Origin: Oscillospiraceae bacterium | Lineage (GTDB): Bacteria; Bacillota; Clostridia; Oscillospirales; Ruminococcaceae | Assembly: GCA_047973285.1 (NCBI GenBank) | Contig: JBKEBR010000259.1 | Span: 1 to 29,650 of the forward strand | Direction of reading: 5' to 3' | DNA length: 29,650 nucleotides | Shown here: positions 19,657 through 29,062 of the stretch, one piece after another | Layout: each line of letters opens with the position of its first letter | Numbering within the stretch: position 1 is the first letter of the stretch | The notes under the pieces: generated by a model | Database searches by the model: none | Seen by the model: the letters and a program-made list of their open reading frames with translations, nothing else | What the model was told of the DNA's origin: nothing | Translations under genes and position numbers: made by a program

Positions 19657-20244
19657 CTAGCCTTCGGCGGCTTTTTGGCAAATAAGCGTAAGCTCCTCTT
19701 TTTCTAAAGAGGAAAATGCCATGGGCGGCGCCGGGTTTTCGGCATAGGGGCGCAGGGTGTACAGGTAATAGGCAAGGTCGTGCCATTGGCCAAACTTGCA
19801 GCCCGCCTTGTGCAGCACGGCCTCGGGTACAAACCCAAGCCGGGTGTGAAAGCCTTCGCTTTGGGGGTTGGGGGCGGCAATGCGGGCGTATAGGCTGTAA
19901 TAGCCAAGGTGCCGCATGGTGGCAAAAAGGGCCGCATACAGCCGCTGCCCTATGCCCTTGCCCTGCAGGTTGGCGCCAATGTATATGGCGGTTTCGGCGG
20001 CCCAGGCAAAGCCCTGCCGCTCGCCAAAGGGGCTTGCGTAGGCATAGCCCGCCACCTGCCCCTCCCATTCGCACACAAACCAGGGGAAACGGCCGGAAAG
20101 CGCCTGCACCCGCCGAACAAATTCCTCCGGCCCCGGTGCGGAAAATTCAAAGCTGACAGGCGTGTTTTGTACATAAGGGGCATAAATGGCGGCAAAGGCG
20201 GGGGCGTCTTGTGGTCTGGCGGGGCGTATGCAAATACCTGGCAT
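19657..20244 (-). CDS. Phosphinothricin/L-amino acid N-acetyltransferase (PAT/YncA-type GNAT)
   Basis: IYAPYVQNTPVSFE, VAGYAYAS, ETAIY...GKGIGQRLY, PNPQSEGFH.RLGF, G.KFGQWHD. RBS AAGGAG before ATG 20244. Confidence 0.9.
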   Translation of the reverse strand: MPGICIRPARPQDAPAFAAIYAPYVQNTPVSFEFSAPGPEEFVRRVQALSGRFPWFVCEWEGQVAGYAYASPFGERQGFAWAAETAIYIGANLQGKGIGQRLYAALFATMRHLGYYSLYARIAAPNPQSEGFHTRLGFVPEAVLHKAGCKFGQWHDLAYYLYTLRPYAENPAPPMAFSSLEKEELTLICQKAAEG

Positions 20245-20660
20245 TGTAAAAGCTCCTTTTGCAATAAAAATAGCCGCCCACAGGCGGCAGGGCGGCCTGG
20301 CCGGTGGCTTTGCGCCTGCCGGGCTTGAAGAACAGCTTTGGCAAAAACTGTCGCCAGCCCTGCCGAAAAAAAAGAAATCTTTTGCCCCGGTGCCGGGCAA
20401 AGCGGCCATGGCCGTACAGGCAGGCCACACCGTTGTTGCCTGCAATAACCGTTTTGGCCTTGGCCGTTGCCGCGCAAAAAGGCGGCTGTTTTTTGCACGG
20501 CGCTTTAAGAAGCGCGCCGGTGCCCTGCCCTGTCGGCGCCCTTGCCTGCCACGCGGGCAGCGTGCGGTTTTGCATTTTGCGGCGGGGCAAAAGCCAGTTT
20601 GCAGCCGCCCCAGCCGGTGGGCGGGGCGAAACCCAATACTCCCTGGCTTGAAATTTTTTT

Positions 20661-21524
20661 CTACTTCTTTTTAAATTGCCGCCGCCGCTGGCTGCTTTGC
20701 TCAAACAGGCGGCAAAGCCCCGCCTGGTCGCCCGTTTCAAGGCAGGCCTTCAGCTGCTCCAGGCAGGCGGTGAATTCATCTATTTCCTGCACAAGGGCGT
20801 TTTTGTTGGCAAAAAACAGCTCGCTCCAAAGGCCTGCGTTAATGTCTGCAATGCGGGTAAGGTCCCGAAAGCTGTCTCCGGTAACTTCGGGCAGGCGGGG
20901 GTCGGCATTGGCGTTCATAAGGCTTACCGCAATGGCGTGGGTAAGCTGGCTTACATAGCCTATCATCTGGTCGTGGTCTTGTATGGTAAGCTCGGTAACA
21001 CGGGCAAAGCCAAGCGTTTCGGCAAAGCGGTGAGCAAAGGCAATGCCTGCCGCGGTGTTGGCGGCGGTGGGGGTAATTAAAAAGTTGGCGTTTTTAAAAA
21101 TGCCGTCGTCGGCGTTTTCAACGCCGCTCACCTCCCGCCCGGCCATGGGGTGGCAGGGAATAAATTCGTGTTTGCCGGCAAGCAGGCTCTGGGCCTCGGG
21201 CACAAAGCAGGTTTTTACCCCCACAAGGTCGGTAACAAGGGCGCCGGGCTTAAAATAGGGCAGGTGCCCGCGAAGCCAGGGCAGAATGTCTTTGGGGTAC
21301 AGCGCCAGCACAAGCACGTCGGCCTTTGCCAAAAGCGCGGCCACCGCCGCGGGGTTGCCTGCTTCGGCACCTTCGGCAATCAGCCCGTTTTGCAGCGCAA
21401 AGGCAAGGGAAGCGGGGTTTTTGTCAATGGCCGTTACCCGGTAGCCCTTTTTGGTAAGGCCCATGGCGTAGCTGCCGCCCATAAGGCCAAGGCCTACAAT
21501 TAAAAAGGTAGAGTCTGTGTTCAT
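20661..21524 (-). CDS. tyrA: Prephenate dehydrogenase
   Basis: IVGLGLMGGS Rossmann motif, HPMAGRE.SG, HDQMIGYVSQLTH, GDSFRDLTRIA. ATGA overlap with aroA. Confidence 0.95.
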   Translation of the reverse strand: MNTDSTFLIVGLGLMGGSYAMGLTKKGYRVTAIDKNPASLAFALQNGLIAEGAEAGNPAAVAALLAKADVLVLALYPKDILPWLRGHLPYFKPGALVTDLVGVKTCFVPEAQSLLAGKHEFIPCHPMAGREVSGVENADDGIFKNANFLITPTAANTAAGIAFAHRFAETLGFARVTELTIQDHDQMIGYVSQLTHAIAVSLMNANADPRLPEVTGDSFRDLTRIADINAGLWSELFFANKNALVQEIDEFTACLEQLKACLETGDQAGLCRLFEQSSQRRRQFKKK

Positions 21525-22819
21525 GGCGCCCTCCGCTCTGCCGGGCATTCCTCTGCCTGAATGTCCGCCCCCAGGGCGGAAAAGTCATCAAAAAAAGAGG
21601 GCCAGCTTTTGCAAATGGCCTCGGCGCCGTGAATGGAAACGGCAACCCCCGCCCCCAAAGCGGCGGCGGTAAGGGCCATAACCACCCGGTGGTCGTTGTG
21701 GCTGCAGGCCTGCCCGGTGCCGGTAAGGGGAAAGCCCCCCTCTACGGCAATGCTGCCGGCGCCGGAGGAAACATGCCCCCCCAGCCGGGTAAGCTCCTGC
21801 TCAATGGTGGCAATGCGGTCGCTCTCTTTTATGCGCAGGCGCCCGGCGTTTACAAAGCGGGTGGTGCCTTTGCAAAACAGGGCAAGGGTGCACAAAATGG
21901 GGCCAAGGTCGGGGCAGCCGGCAAGGTCTACCTCGCCGGGGCTGTGCAGCCCTTCGGCGGGGGGCTGCACCCGCAACAGGCCGTTTTGCCAGCCTACCTC
22001 TGCGCCGCAGGCCTGTAAAACCGAAAGGGCTGCCCGGTCGCCCTGGGCGGAATCGGCGTTCAGCCCCGCCACGGCTATGCCGCCCCGCACGGCGGCCAGC
22101 ACGGCGGGCACCGCCGCCTGCGACCAGTCGCCCTCTACAGTGCAGTTTGCCGGGGTGTAGGCCTGCCCGCCGGGAATAAACAGGGTGTGCTCGCCCTGCC
22201 ATTCGCTGTGTACCCCAAACAAGGCCTGGGCCCTTCGGGTAAGCTCCACATAGGCGCTGCTTTCAAAGGGGGGCAGAATGCGCAGGGTGCTGCTTTTTGC
22301 AAGCAGCGGCAGGGCCAGCAGCAGGCCGGAAATAAACTGGCTGGAAACATTGCCCGCCAAAGCGTAATTGCCTGCCTGCAACGGCCCCTGCAATGTAAGC
22401 TGGCCGTTTTGCTGGGCGAAGGGCAGGCCCTGCCCTTCAAAAATTTGCTGGTACACCCCAAGGGGGCGCTCCATAAGGCGGGCGGCCCCCGCAAAGGTTA
22501 CCGGCTGCCCCGTAAGGGCAAACAGGGGAATGATAAACCGCAGGGTAGAGCCGCTTTCGGCGCAGAATACCGCTTCTTTTGGGGCTTGCAGGGTGGCGGC
22601 GCCGGTTACCTGCTGGCCGTTAGGGGTTTGTGCAAATTGGGCGCCCAGCTGCCGCATGGCCGCAATGGTGGTGGAAATATCCAGCGAATACTGCAAATTG
22701 CGCACGGCAGACACCCCCCCCGCCAGGGCGGCGCAAATAAGCATGCGGTGGGCCATGCTTTTACTGGGCGGCACCGCAATGGTGCCCGCAAGGGAACAGG
22801 GCTGTATACCAACAATCAT
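21521..22819 (-). CDS. aroA: EPSP synthase
   Basis: PPSKSMAHR, ESGSTLRF, SSQFISGLL, LRIKESDRI, HNDHRVVMA, KSWPSFF. Confidence 0.96.
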   Translation of the reverse strand: MIVGIQPCSLAGTIAVPPSKSMAHRMLICAALAGGVSAVRNLQYSLDISTTIAAMRQLGAQFAQTPNGQQVTGAATLQAPKEAVFCAESGSTLRFIIPLFALTGQPVTFAGAARLMERPLGVYQQIFEGQGLPFAQQNGQLTLQGPLQAGNYALAGNVSSQFISGLLLALPLLAKSSTLRILPPFESSAYVELTRRAQALFGVHSEWQGEHTLFIPGGQAYTPANCTVEGDWSQAAVPAVLAAVRGGIAVAGLNADSAQGDRAALSVLQACGAEVGWQNGLLRVQPPAEGLHSPGEVDLAGCPDLGPILCTLALFCKGTTRFVNAGRLRIKESDRIATIEQELTRLGGHVSSGAGSIAVEGGFPLTGTGQACSHNDHRVVMALTAAALGAGVAVSIHGAEAICKSWPSFFDDFSALGADIQAEECPAERRAP

Positions 22820-22853
22820 GGCGCGCTCCTAACAGGGTGTGGCGGGCAAACGG

Positions 22854-23870
22854 TTACATTTCCCGCCCAACCACATGGGCAATTTCCCGGCATTTTTTAA
22901 TTACGGTGGCAAATTTTTCGGGCTTCAGGCTTTGGGCGCCGTCGCTCCAGGCGCATTCGGGGTTGGCGTGCACCTCAATCATCAGCCCGTCGGCACCGGC
23001 GGCCACGGCGGCCAGCGAAACACTTTCAATCAGCTTCCAGTCGCCGGTGGCATGGCTGGGGTCTATCACCACCGGAAGGTGGGATTTTTGCTTTAAAATG
23101 GGAATTACGCTTAAATCCAGCGTGTTGCGGGTGTACCGCTCAAAGGTGCGCACCCCGCGCTCGCAAAAAATAACGTTGGGGTTGCCCGCGGCCATAATGT
23201 ATTCGGCGCTCATAATCCATTCTTCAATGGTGTTGGCAAGGCCGCGCTTCAGCAAAATGGGCCGGGTCATTTTGCCGGCGGCCTTCAGCAGGTTAAAGTT
23301 CTGCATGTTGCGGGCGCCAATTTGCACAAGGTCAACGTATTTTTCAAATTCGGGCACCCGGTCTTCGCTCATCATTTCGCTTACAATGGGCAGCCCGGTG
23401 GCCTCCCGTGCCTTTACAAGGTCGAGGATGCCCTCGGTTTCCAGCCCCTGAAAGGCGTAAGGCGAGGTGCGGGGCTTGTAGGCGCCGCCGCGGTACAAGG
23501 TGGCGCCCGCCTGCTTGCACTGCTTGGCAAGGGAAATGGCCATCTCTTCGCCCTCTACGCTGCAAGGCCCACCAATAACGGCAATGGGGCAGCCCGCGCC
23601 AATTGCAACGCCCGAAACATCCACCACCGTGTCCGCCTCGTGAAACAGGCGGTTGGCAAGCTTGTAGGGGGCCGCCACGCGGGTTACCTCCTCCACCCAG
23701 GGGTTGGCCCGTATCTGCCGCTCGTCCAGCTGGGTGGTGTCGCCCACAAGGCCGAAAACGTTGTAGTCGGTGCCGCGAATTAGGGTAACCTGCAGGCCCT
23801 GCTTTTCGAACGAGTCGATTATTTTTTTAAGTTCTTCCTGCGGCGTGCCGCGTTTGGTTGAGATAATCAT
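22854..23870 (-). CDS. aroF: DAHP synthase type I-beta with N-terminal regulatory domain
   Basis: GPCSVE, RGGAYKPRTSPYAFQG, QIGARNMQNF, LLKRG, CERGVRTFE, DPSHATG, SDGAQSL. Confidence 0.96.
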   Translation of the reverse strand: MIISTKRGTPQEELKKIIDSFEKQGLQVTLIRGTDYNVFGLVGDTTQLDERQIRANPWVEEVTRVAAPYKLANRLFHEADTVVDVSGVAIGAGCPIAVIGGPCSVEGEEMAISLAKQCKQAGATLYRGGAYKPRTSPYAFQGLETEGILDLVKAREATGLPIVSEMMSEDRVPEFEKYVDLVQIGARNMQNFNLLKAAGKMTRPILLKRGLANTIEEWIMSAEYIMAAGNPNVIFCERGVRTFERYTRNTLDLSVIPILKQKSHLPVVIDPSHATGDWKLIESVSLAAVAAGADGLMIEVHANPECAWSDGAQSLKPEKFATVIKKCREIAHVVGREM

Positions 23871-24313
23871 GTGTTGGTTTCCTTTTCTATAATTTCTTTC
23901 AGGCCCAGCACGGCATTTACATACCCCTGCAGGCCCTGGCCTATATAATGCAGCCGGCAGGCCATACCGGCGTAGCTTACCTGCCGGAAGGGCTCGCGTG
24001 TGCGTACATCGCTTATATGAACCTCCGCCGCGGGCAGGTTTACCGCCTTTAAGGCGTCCAGCAGGGCAATGGAGGTGTGGGTGTAGGCGGCGGGGTTAAA
24101 CACAATGCCGTCAAATTTACCCAGCGCGCCCTGAATGGCGTCCACCAAGGCCCCCTCGTGGTTGCTTTGGTAAAACTCGGCTTCAATGCCGTTTTCATGG
24201 CAGGCCTGCCGCACAAGGGTCACCAGGTCTTGGTAGGTGGTTTTGCCGTATATTTCGGGCTGGCGAATGCCCAGCATGTTGATGTTGGGCCCGTTAAGGA
24301 TTAACAGCCGCAT
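23867..24313 (-). CDS. aroQ: Type II 3-dehydroquinate dehydratase
   Basis: LNGPNINMLG.R.PEIYG, QSNHEG, NPAAYTHTS, EVHISD..RE.FR. Confidence 0.96.
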   Translation of the reverse strand: MRLLILNGPNINMLGIRQPEIYGKTTYQDLVTLVRQACHENGIEAEFYQSNHEGALVDAIQGALGKFDGIVFNPAAYTHTSIALLDALKAVNLPAAEVHISDVRTREPFRQVSYAGMACRLHYIGQGLQGYVNAVLGLKEIIEKETNT

Positions 24314-25547
24314 GGTACGCCTCCACAATTTTATTTGCCACCTGTATAAAAGAGGCGTTGTTTTCCACCACAAGGTCGGCGGCGGCCTCGTACAACGGCC
24401 TGCGCGCCCGGTACATTTCGGCAAGGGCCTCGGGGCTTTTGGAAAGCGGGCGCCCCCTGCCCACCTGCAGCTTGCTCAGGGGGCGGTCGAGGTAGAATAC
24501 AATGCCGTTTTGCCGCAGGTAGTACAGGTTTTCGGGCCGGGTTACAATGCCCCCCCCGGTGGAAAGAACAATGCCGGCTTTTTTAGACTGCTCGGCAAGC
24601 ACCCGGGTTTCGGCGGCGCGAAAAGCCTCTTCGCCGCCCTCTTCAAAAATGGCGGAAATGGGTTTCCCCGCTTCGGCCACCAATACGTGGTCAAGGTCAA
24701 CAAAGGTTTTGTGCAGCTTGCGGGCCACCGCCTTGCCCAGCCTGCTTTTGCCGCTGGAGGGCATGCCCACCAGCACAAGGCTTACCAGCTGGCTGTACAT
24801 GTCGCGCAGAATGCGCTCGGTTTCCTGCTGGCCAAAGGCCCTGCCGGTATACAGCCGGGCGGCGGCCACCGCCTGTTCTACCAGCATGGGCAGGCCGCCC
24901 GCGGTGGGCAGGCCCAGTTCTTCGGCCAAAAACAACAGTTTGGTTTTTAAGGGGTTGTACACCACATCGGCCACCGCCTGCAGGTTGGGGAAAGCGGCGG
25001 GGTTTGCAAGGCAGCTGCCGTTGTTCGGGAACATGCCCGCGGGGCTTACGTTAATTAAAACTTCCACGTCCGCCCGCCCGGCGGCTTCTTGGTAGGCAAG
25101 CTGCCCCTTTTGGGGCGCGCGGCTTGCCACCAGTATTTTTGCGGCACCGGCGTCTTCAGCCACAGCCATGGCGGTTTTGCAGGTGCCCCCGCTGCCCAGC
25201 AGCAAAACGGTTTTGCCCCGCAGGGAAATATTTTTGCGGCCCAGCATGTAGGCAAAGCCCTCATAATCGGTGTTGTAGCCGGTAAGGCGGCCGCCCCGGT
25301 TTACCAGGGTATTTACCGCCCCAATGCGGGCGGCCCGCTCGTCTATTTCGTCGCACAGCGGAATAACCGTTTGCTTGTAGGGTATGGTTACGTTGCAGCC
25401 TGCAAAGGGGCGCTTAGCAAGGTATTGCCGCACGGCTTCCTCGTTTGGCAGCTCGTGCAAATGAAAGGCGTAAGCGCCCAGCGCCTCATGAATGGGTTTT
25501 GAAAAGCTGTGCCCAAGGCGCTGGCCTATCAGCTCATACAGTGCCAT
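24294..25547 (-). CDS. aroE: Fused shikimate dehydrogenase and shikimate kinase (AroE-AroK)
   Basis: N-terminal part: GHSFSK.IH, NVTIPYK, IGAVNT, NTDYEGF, LGSGGT, DVVYNP. C-terminal part: LVGMPSSGKS, GEEAFRAAE, STGGG, RPL. Confidence 0.94.
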   Translation of the reverse strand: MALYELIGQRLGHSFSKPIHEALGAYAFHLHELPNEEAVRQYLAKRPFAGCNVTIPYKQTVIPLCDEIDERAARIGAVNTLVNRGGRLTGYNTDYEGFAYMLGRKNISLRGKTVLLLGSGGTCKTAMAVAEDAGAAKILVASRAPQKGQLAYQEAAGRADVEVLINVSPAGMFPNNGSCLANPAAFPNLQAVADVVYNPLKTKLLFLAEELGLPTAGGLPMLVEQAVAAARLYTGRAFGQQETERILRDMYSQLVSLVLVGMPSSGKSRLGKAVARKLHKTFVDLDHVLVAEAGKPISAIFEEGGEEAFRAAETRVLAEQSKKAGIVLSTGGGIVTRPENLYYLRQNGIVFYLDRPLSKLQVGRGRPLSKSPEALAEMYRARRPLYEAAADLVVENNASFIQVANKIVEAYHAAVNP

Positions 25548-26655
25548 TGGCGGCCTCCCGCTGCCACAGGGTGCCGTACCGCTGGCTGAACAGGTCTACC
25601 AGCCCTATGCAGGCCATGGCGTCGGCCACGGCCCTGGCCCGGTGCAAAATACAGGGGTCGTGGCGGCCCTTTAATTCCAGGGTTTCCACCTTGCCGGTGG
25701 AAAGGTTCAGGGTTTGCTGGGGCACCCCAATGCTGGAGGTGGGCTTTACCACCGCCCGCAAAACCACCGGCATGCCGTTTGTAATGCCGCCGTTCAGCCC
25801 GCCGTTGTTGTTGGTTTTGGTGGCCACCTGCCCGCCGTCCATATAAAAGCCGTCGTTTCCCTGGCTGCCGTTGAGGTCGGCAAAGCCAAAGCCAAGGCCG
25901 AATTCAACGCCCTTTACGGCGGGAATGCTGAAAAACAGGGAAGAGAGCACGCTTTCCACCGAGGAGAAAAAGGGCTCGCCCAGCCCCGCGGGCAGGCCGG
26001 TAACGGCGGTTTCCAAAATGCCGCCCACGCTGTCTTCCCGCTCTTTGGCCGCCACAATGGCCGCCTTCATGGCCTCTCCGGCGCCCTCGTTCAGCACGGC
26101 AAACATTTGCTTGTTTAAATGCAGCAAAGCGGCCTGCAATTCGCTTTTGTTTTGGGGCAGGGCGTCGTCGCTGATGCCGGCGCACCGGGCAAGGTGGGTG
26201 CCCACCGTTACGCCGTGGGCCGCCAGTATTTGCCTGCAAATGGCACCTGCGGCCACCAGCGGGGTGGTAATGCGGCCCGAAAAATGGCCGCTGCCCCGAA
26301 TGTCGTTGTAGCCAAGGTACTTTTTATAGCCGGTGTAATCGGCATGCCCTGGGCGCAAAAAGTCCTGCGTGCGGGTGTAGTCGCCGCTTTTGGTGTTGGT
26401 GTTGCGAATAACCAGGCACAGGGAGGTGCCGGTGGTGTAGCCCTGGTGCACGCCCGAAAGAAACTCCACCTCGTCCGGCTCCTGCCGGGGGGTGGAAATG
26501 GCGCCAATGGCGCGGCGCTTGCTCATTTCAAAGGCGATGTAGGCGGGGTCTATGGCAATGCCGGGGGCAATGCCGTCCAGTACGGCGCCAATGGCGGGCC
26601 CGTGGCTTTCGCCAAACAGGGCAATGGTAAAGCTTTGTCCGAAACTGTTTTTCAT
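25534..26655 (-). CDS. aroC: Chorismate synthase
   Basis: FGESHGPAIG, RPGHAD, HFSGR.T, SIPAVKGVEFG, NNNGGLNGGITNG, KPTSSI, GRHDPCI. Confidence 0.97.
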   Translation of the reverse strand: MKNSFGQSFTIALFGESHGPAIGAVLDGIAPGIAIDPAYIAFEMSKRRAIGAISTPRQEPDEVEFLSGVHQGYTTGTSLCLVIRNTNTKSGDYTRTQDFLRPGHADYTGYKKYLGYNDIRGSGHFSGRITTPLVAAGAICRQILAAHGVTVGTHLARCAGISDDALPQNKSELQAALLHLNKQMFAVLNEGAGEAMKAAIVAAKEREDSVGGILETAVTGLPAGLGEPFFSSVESVLSSLFFSIPAVKGVEFGLGFGFADLNGSQGNDGFYMDGGQVATKTNNNGGLNGGITNGMPVVLRAVVKPTSSIGVPQQTLNLSTGKVETLELKGRHDPCILHRARAVADAMACIGLVDLFSQRYGTLWQREAANGTV

Positions 26656-27677
26656 GCGGTGGCTCCCTTAACCAAAAGGCTCAGTTCCTCAAAATCTACC
26701 GTTTCAAGGTAGCCTTCTCCCAAAGTTTTTACGCGCACAATGGTGTATTTGTCTTTGCTACGCTTTTTGTCGTTGTGCATGTGCTTTAAAATTTCGTCGG
26801 CGCTGCAATGGTAGGCAAGCGGCAGCCCCAGTTTTTTCAGTATGGCCCGTGTGCGGCGCTGCAGGGTGCGGCTCTCAATCATGGGCAGCATGCCCAGCGC
26901 CACGCATTCCCCGTGCAAAAGGCCGTTCTCGCCCTCGCCAAGGCCGCAGGCGGCCTCGATGCCGTGGCCGATGGTGTGGCCGAAGTTCAGCAGCTTCCGC
27001 TCGCCCTGCTCGGTTTCGTCCCGCTCTACCACGCCTTTTTTATACAAGAGGGAAAGGTACAAAATTTCCTCAAGGTTTTGCTCTATGCGGTCTTGCTCAA
27101 ACAGCTCAAACAGGTGGGCGTTGCCAATAAGGCCCGCCTTTACCGCTTCGGCCAAGCCGTTGGCAAAATGGCGCTTTGGCAGGGTGGCAAGGGTTTCGGG
27201 GTCTACCACCACAAGCTCCGGCTGGTGAAAAGCCCCCACAATATTTTTGGTGCCGTCTAAATTAATGGCTACCTTGCCCCCAATGGAGGAATCAATTTGG
27301 GAAAGGGTGGTGGTGGGAAACTGGAAATAAGAAATTCCCCGCATGTAGGCGGCGGCGGCAAAGCCCGCAAGGTCGCCCACAACACCGCCGCCCACGGCGG
27401 CCACGGCGTCGCCCCGGCCAAAACCAAGCGCCAGCATGCGGGAAAGCAGGGTTTGCCAGCCCTGTACGCTCTTGCTGCCCTCGCCCTGGGGCACAACAAT
27501 GGAAGAGCCCTCGGCGCACTGGGCCACCAGGCTTTTAACATATTTGGCGGGCACCCCGCTGTCGCTTACCACCAAAACCTTCCGGTTCAGGTTGCACAGC
27601 TTGCCCGCCCGCCCAAGGCTGCCTTTTTTTAAAACAATATCATAGCTTCTGGGGCCAAGTTCCATGGTAAGTTTCAT
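26652..27677 (-). CDS. aroB: 3-dehydroquinate synthase
   Basis: GEGSKS, GGGVVGDLAGF, PTTTLSQIDSSIGGK, KNIVGAFHQP, LNFGHTIGHGIE, HGECVA. Confidence 0.97.
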   Translation of the reverse strand: MKLTMELGPRSYDIVLKKGSLGRAGKLCNLNRKVLVVSDSGVPAKYVKSLVAQCAEGSSIVVPQGEGSKSVQGWQTLLSRMLALGFGRGDAVAAVGGGVVGDLAGFAAAAYMRGISYFQFPTTTLSQIDSSIGGKVAINLDGTKNIVGAFHQPELVVVDPETLATLPKRHFANGLAEAVKAGLIGNAHLFELFEQDRIEQNLEEILYLSLLYKKGVVERDETEQGERKLLNFGHTIGHGIEAACGLGEGENGLLHGECVALGMLPMIESRTLQRRTRAILKKLGLPLAYHCSADEILKHMHNDKKRSKDKYTIVRVKTLGEGYLETVDFEELSLLVKGATA

Positions 27678-27722
27678 AGGGTTCCTCCATAAAGCGCCCG
27701 CAAGCAACGGCGCCGCATCTGG

Positions 27723-28817
27723 TTACATCTGGCTGGTTGCGGGGGCAATGCGGTTGTAAACGCCCAGTATGCGCACCGAAAGGCAAACCTCCCGCAGTTT
27801 GGCCAGCAATGCCTCGGCCTGTTGGCTGCTGGGGGCGCCCACCAGCTCGGTATAAAAATAATATTGCCAGGGGTTTTGGGGCATGGGGCGGCTTTTAATA
27901 GACTCCATGTCAAACCCTTCGGCGGCAATGGCGGCAATTACCCTGGCAAGGCGGCCCACCAAATTTTCCACGGTAAACAGCAGCGAAAACTTGCTGCCCT
28001 CGCCGCGGGGCGCCTCGCGGGAAATAACAATAAACCGGGTGGTGTTGCCCGCTTCGGTGGCAATGTCCTTCACAAGGGGCACAAGGCCATAGCGCTCGCA
28101 GGCGTCCAGGCTGGCAATGGCGGCAACAGAGGCGTCGCCGGTTTCCGCCACATATTTGGCGGCCAAAGCGGTGTTGGCAAAAGGCAACTGCGCCGCCCCA
28201 AGGTTTGCCAAAAAGCGCTGGCACTGCTCCAGCGCCTGCACATGGCTTACCACGGTTTTAACCCCCGTAAGGTCGCTGCCGGGCAGCCCCAGCAGGTTTT
28301 GGGTAACCGGCAAATCGTACATGGCCGCAACGTAGCAGCGGTGGGAATAACAAAGGTCCAGCACCCCCGAAACATCGCCGGTGGTGGAATTTTCGAAAGG
28401 AACAATGCCAAAGGCCGCCCGGCCCTCCTCCACGGCGTCGAAAACAGAGCCGAAAGTTGCCTCGGCGGCAAACTCGGCGTTGGGGTACAGCGCCAGGGCC
28501 ACCTGGTGGCCAAAGCCGCCCTCGGCACCCTGGTAGGCAACGGTGTTTTGCCCCAAAAGCTGGGTTTGGTACTGGCGCGAGGAGGTCATAACCTGGCAAA
28601 TAAAATCGGTGTAATAGGGGGCAAGGGCGGCGTTTTGCAAAAAGGCAAGGTTTTTTTGCACCACGGCTTTTTCCCGCCCGGCGTCCAGCACCGGCAGGGA
28701 ATTTTGCTTTTTATAAGAGGCAACATCGGCGGCTATCGCCATGCGCTGCTCAAATAGGGCGGCCATTTCGCGGTCAATGGCGTCAATTTTTTGCCGTATT
28801 TCTTCCAAGGTTGGCAT
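27723..28817 (-). CDS. pheA: Chorismate mutase / prephenate dehydratase (P-protein) with ACT domain
   Basis: LEEIRQKIDAID chorismate mutase domain, VAYQG, PFENSTTG, SHVQALEQC, NTTRFIVI, IKSRP...WQYYFY. RBS AAGGGG before ATG 28817. Confidence 0.95.
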   Translation of the reverse strand: MPTLEEIRQKIDAIDREMAALFEQRMAIAADVASYKKQNSLPVLDAGREKAVVQKNLAFLQNAALAPYYTDFICQVMTSSRQYQTQLLGQNTVAYQGAEGGFGHQVALALYPNAEFAAEATFGSVFDAVEEGRAAFGIVPFENSTTGDVSGVLDLCYSHRCYVAAMYDLPVTQNLLGLPGSDLTGVKTVVSHVQALEQCQRFLANLGAAQLPFANTALAAKYVAETGDASVAAIASLDACERYGLVPLVKDIATEAGNTTRFIVISREAPRGEGSKFSLLFTVENLVGRLARVIAAIAAEGFDMESIKSRPMPQNPWQYYFYTELVGAPSSQQAEALLAKLREVCLSVRILGVYNRIAPATSQM

Positions 28818-28857
28818 GGCAATTCCCCTTATTAATAAGTATATATATTCAGCAAAA

Positions 28858-28886
28858 AGTATAACATACAAACCCCGGCGAAACAA
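28858..28886 (-). promoter_or_regulatory. SigA promoter of the aro operon
   Basis: TTGTTT (28886-28881), 17 bp spacer, TG-extended TATACT (28863-28858). Confidence 0.65.
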
Positions 28887-28891
28887 GGCAG

Positions 28892-28920
28892 AAAAACCGG
28901 CGGCGGCCCGCCGGTTTTTT
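28892..28920 (-). terminator. Intrinsic terminator just upstream of the aro promoter
   Basis: AAAAACCGGCGG-CGGC-CCGCCGGTTTTT, with T tracts on both strands. Confidence 0.75.
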
Positions 28921-29062
28921 ATGTGTTTTTTACAAATTGCCAAAGCGCCCGGCAGCGCCCGCCGAACGGCAAATAAAAAAATGCCGGGCACCGGCCCGGC
29001 TGGGTATGAAAAAATATTCGTTATGAAAGAATAAATTTTCGTTTTAATAAAATTTTCGAAAC

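Noticed and set aside
7992..20663. Genome-wide reassignment of TAG to a sense codon
   Set aside because: TAG ends the GT2, lipid kinase, ABC ATPase (at the typical FLSKVL end, followed by a terminator), PAT and tyrA genes. Long core genes such as clpB, prfC, rny and thrS have no internal TAG.
2847..28757. Long antisense or alternate-frame ORFs (for example 2847-3734, 10929-12056, 27822-28757)
   Set aside because: They are shadows of well-supported genes in GC-rich coding DNA.
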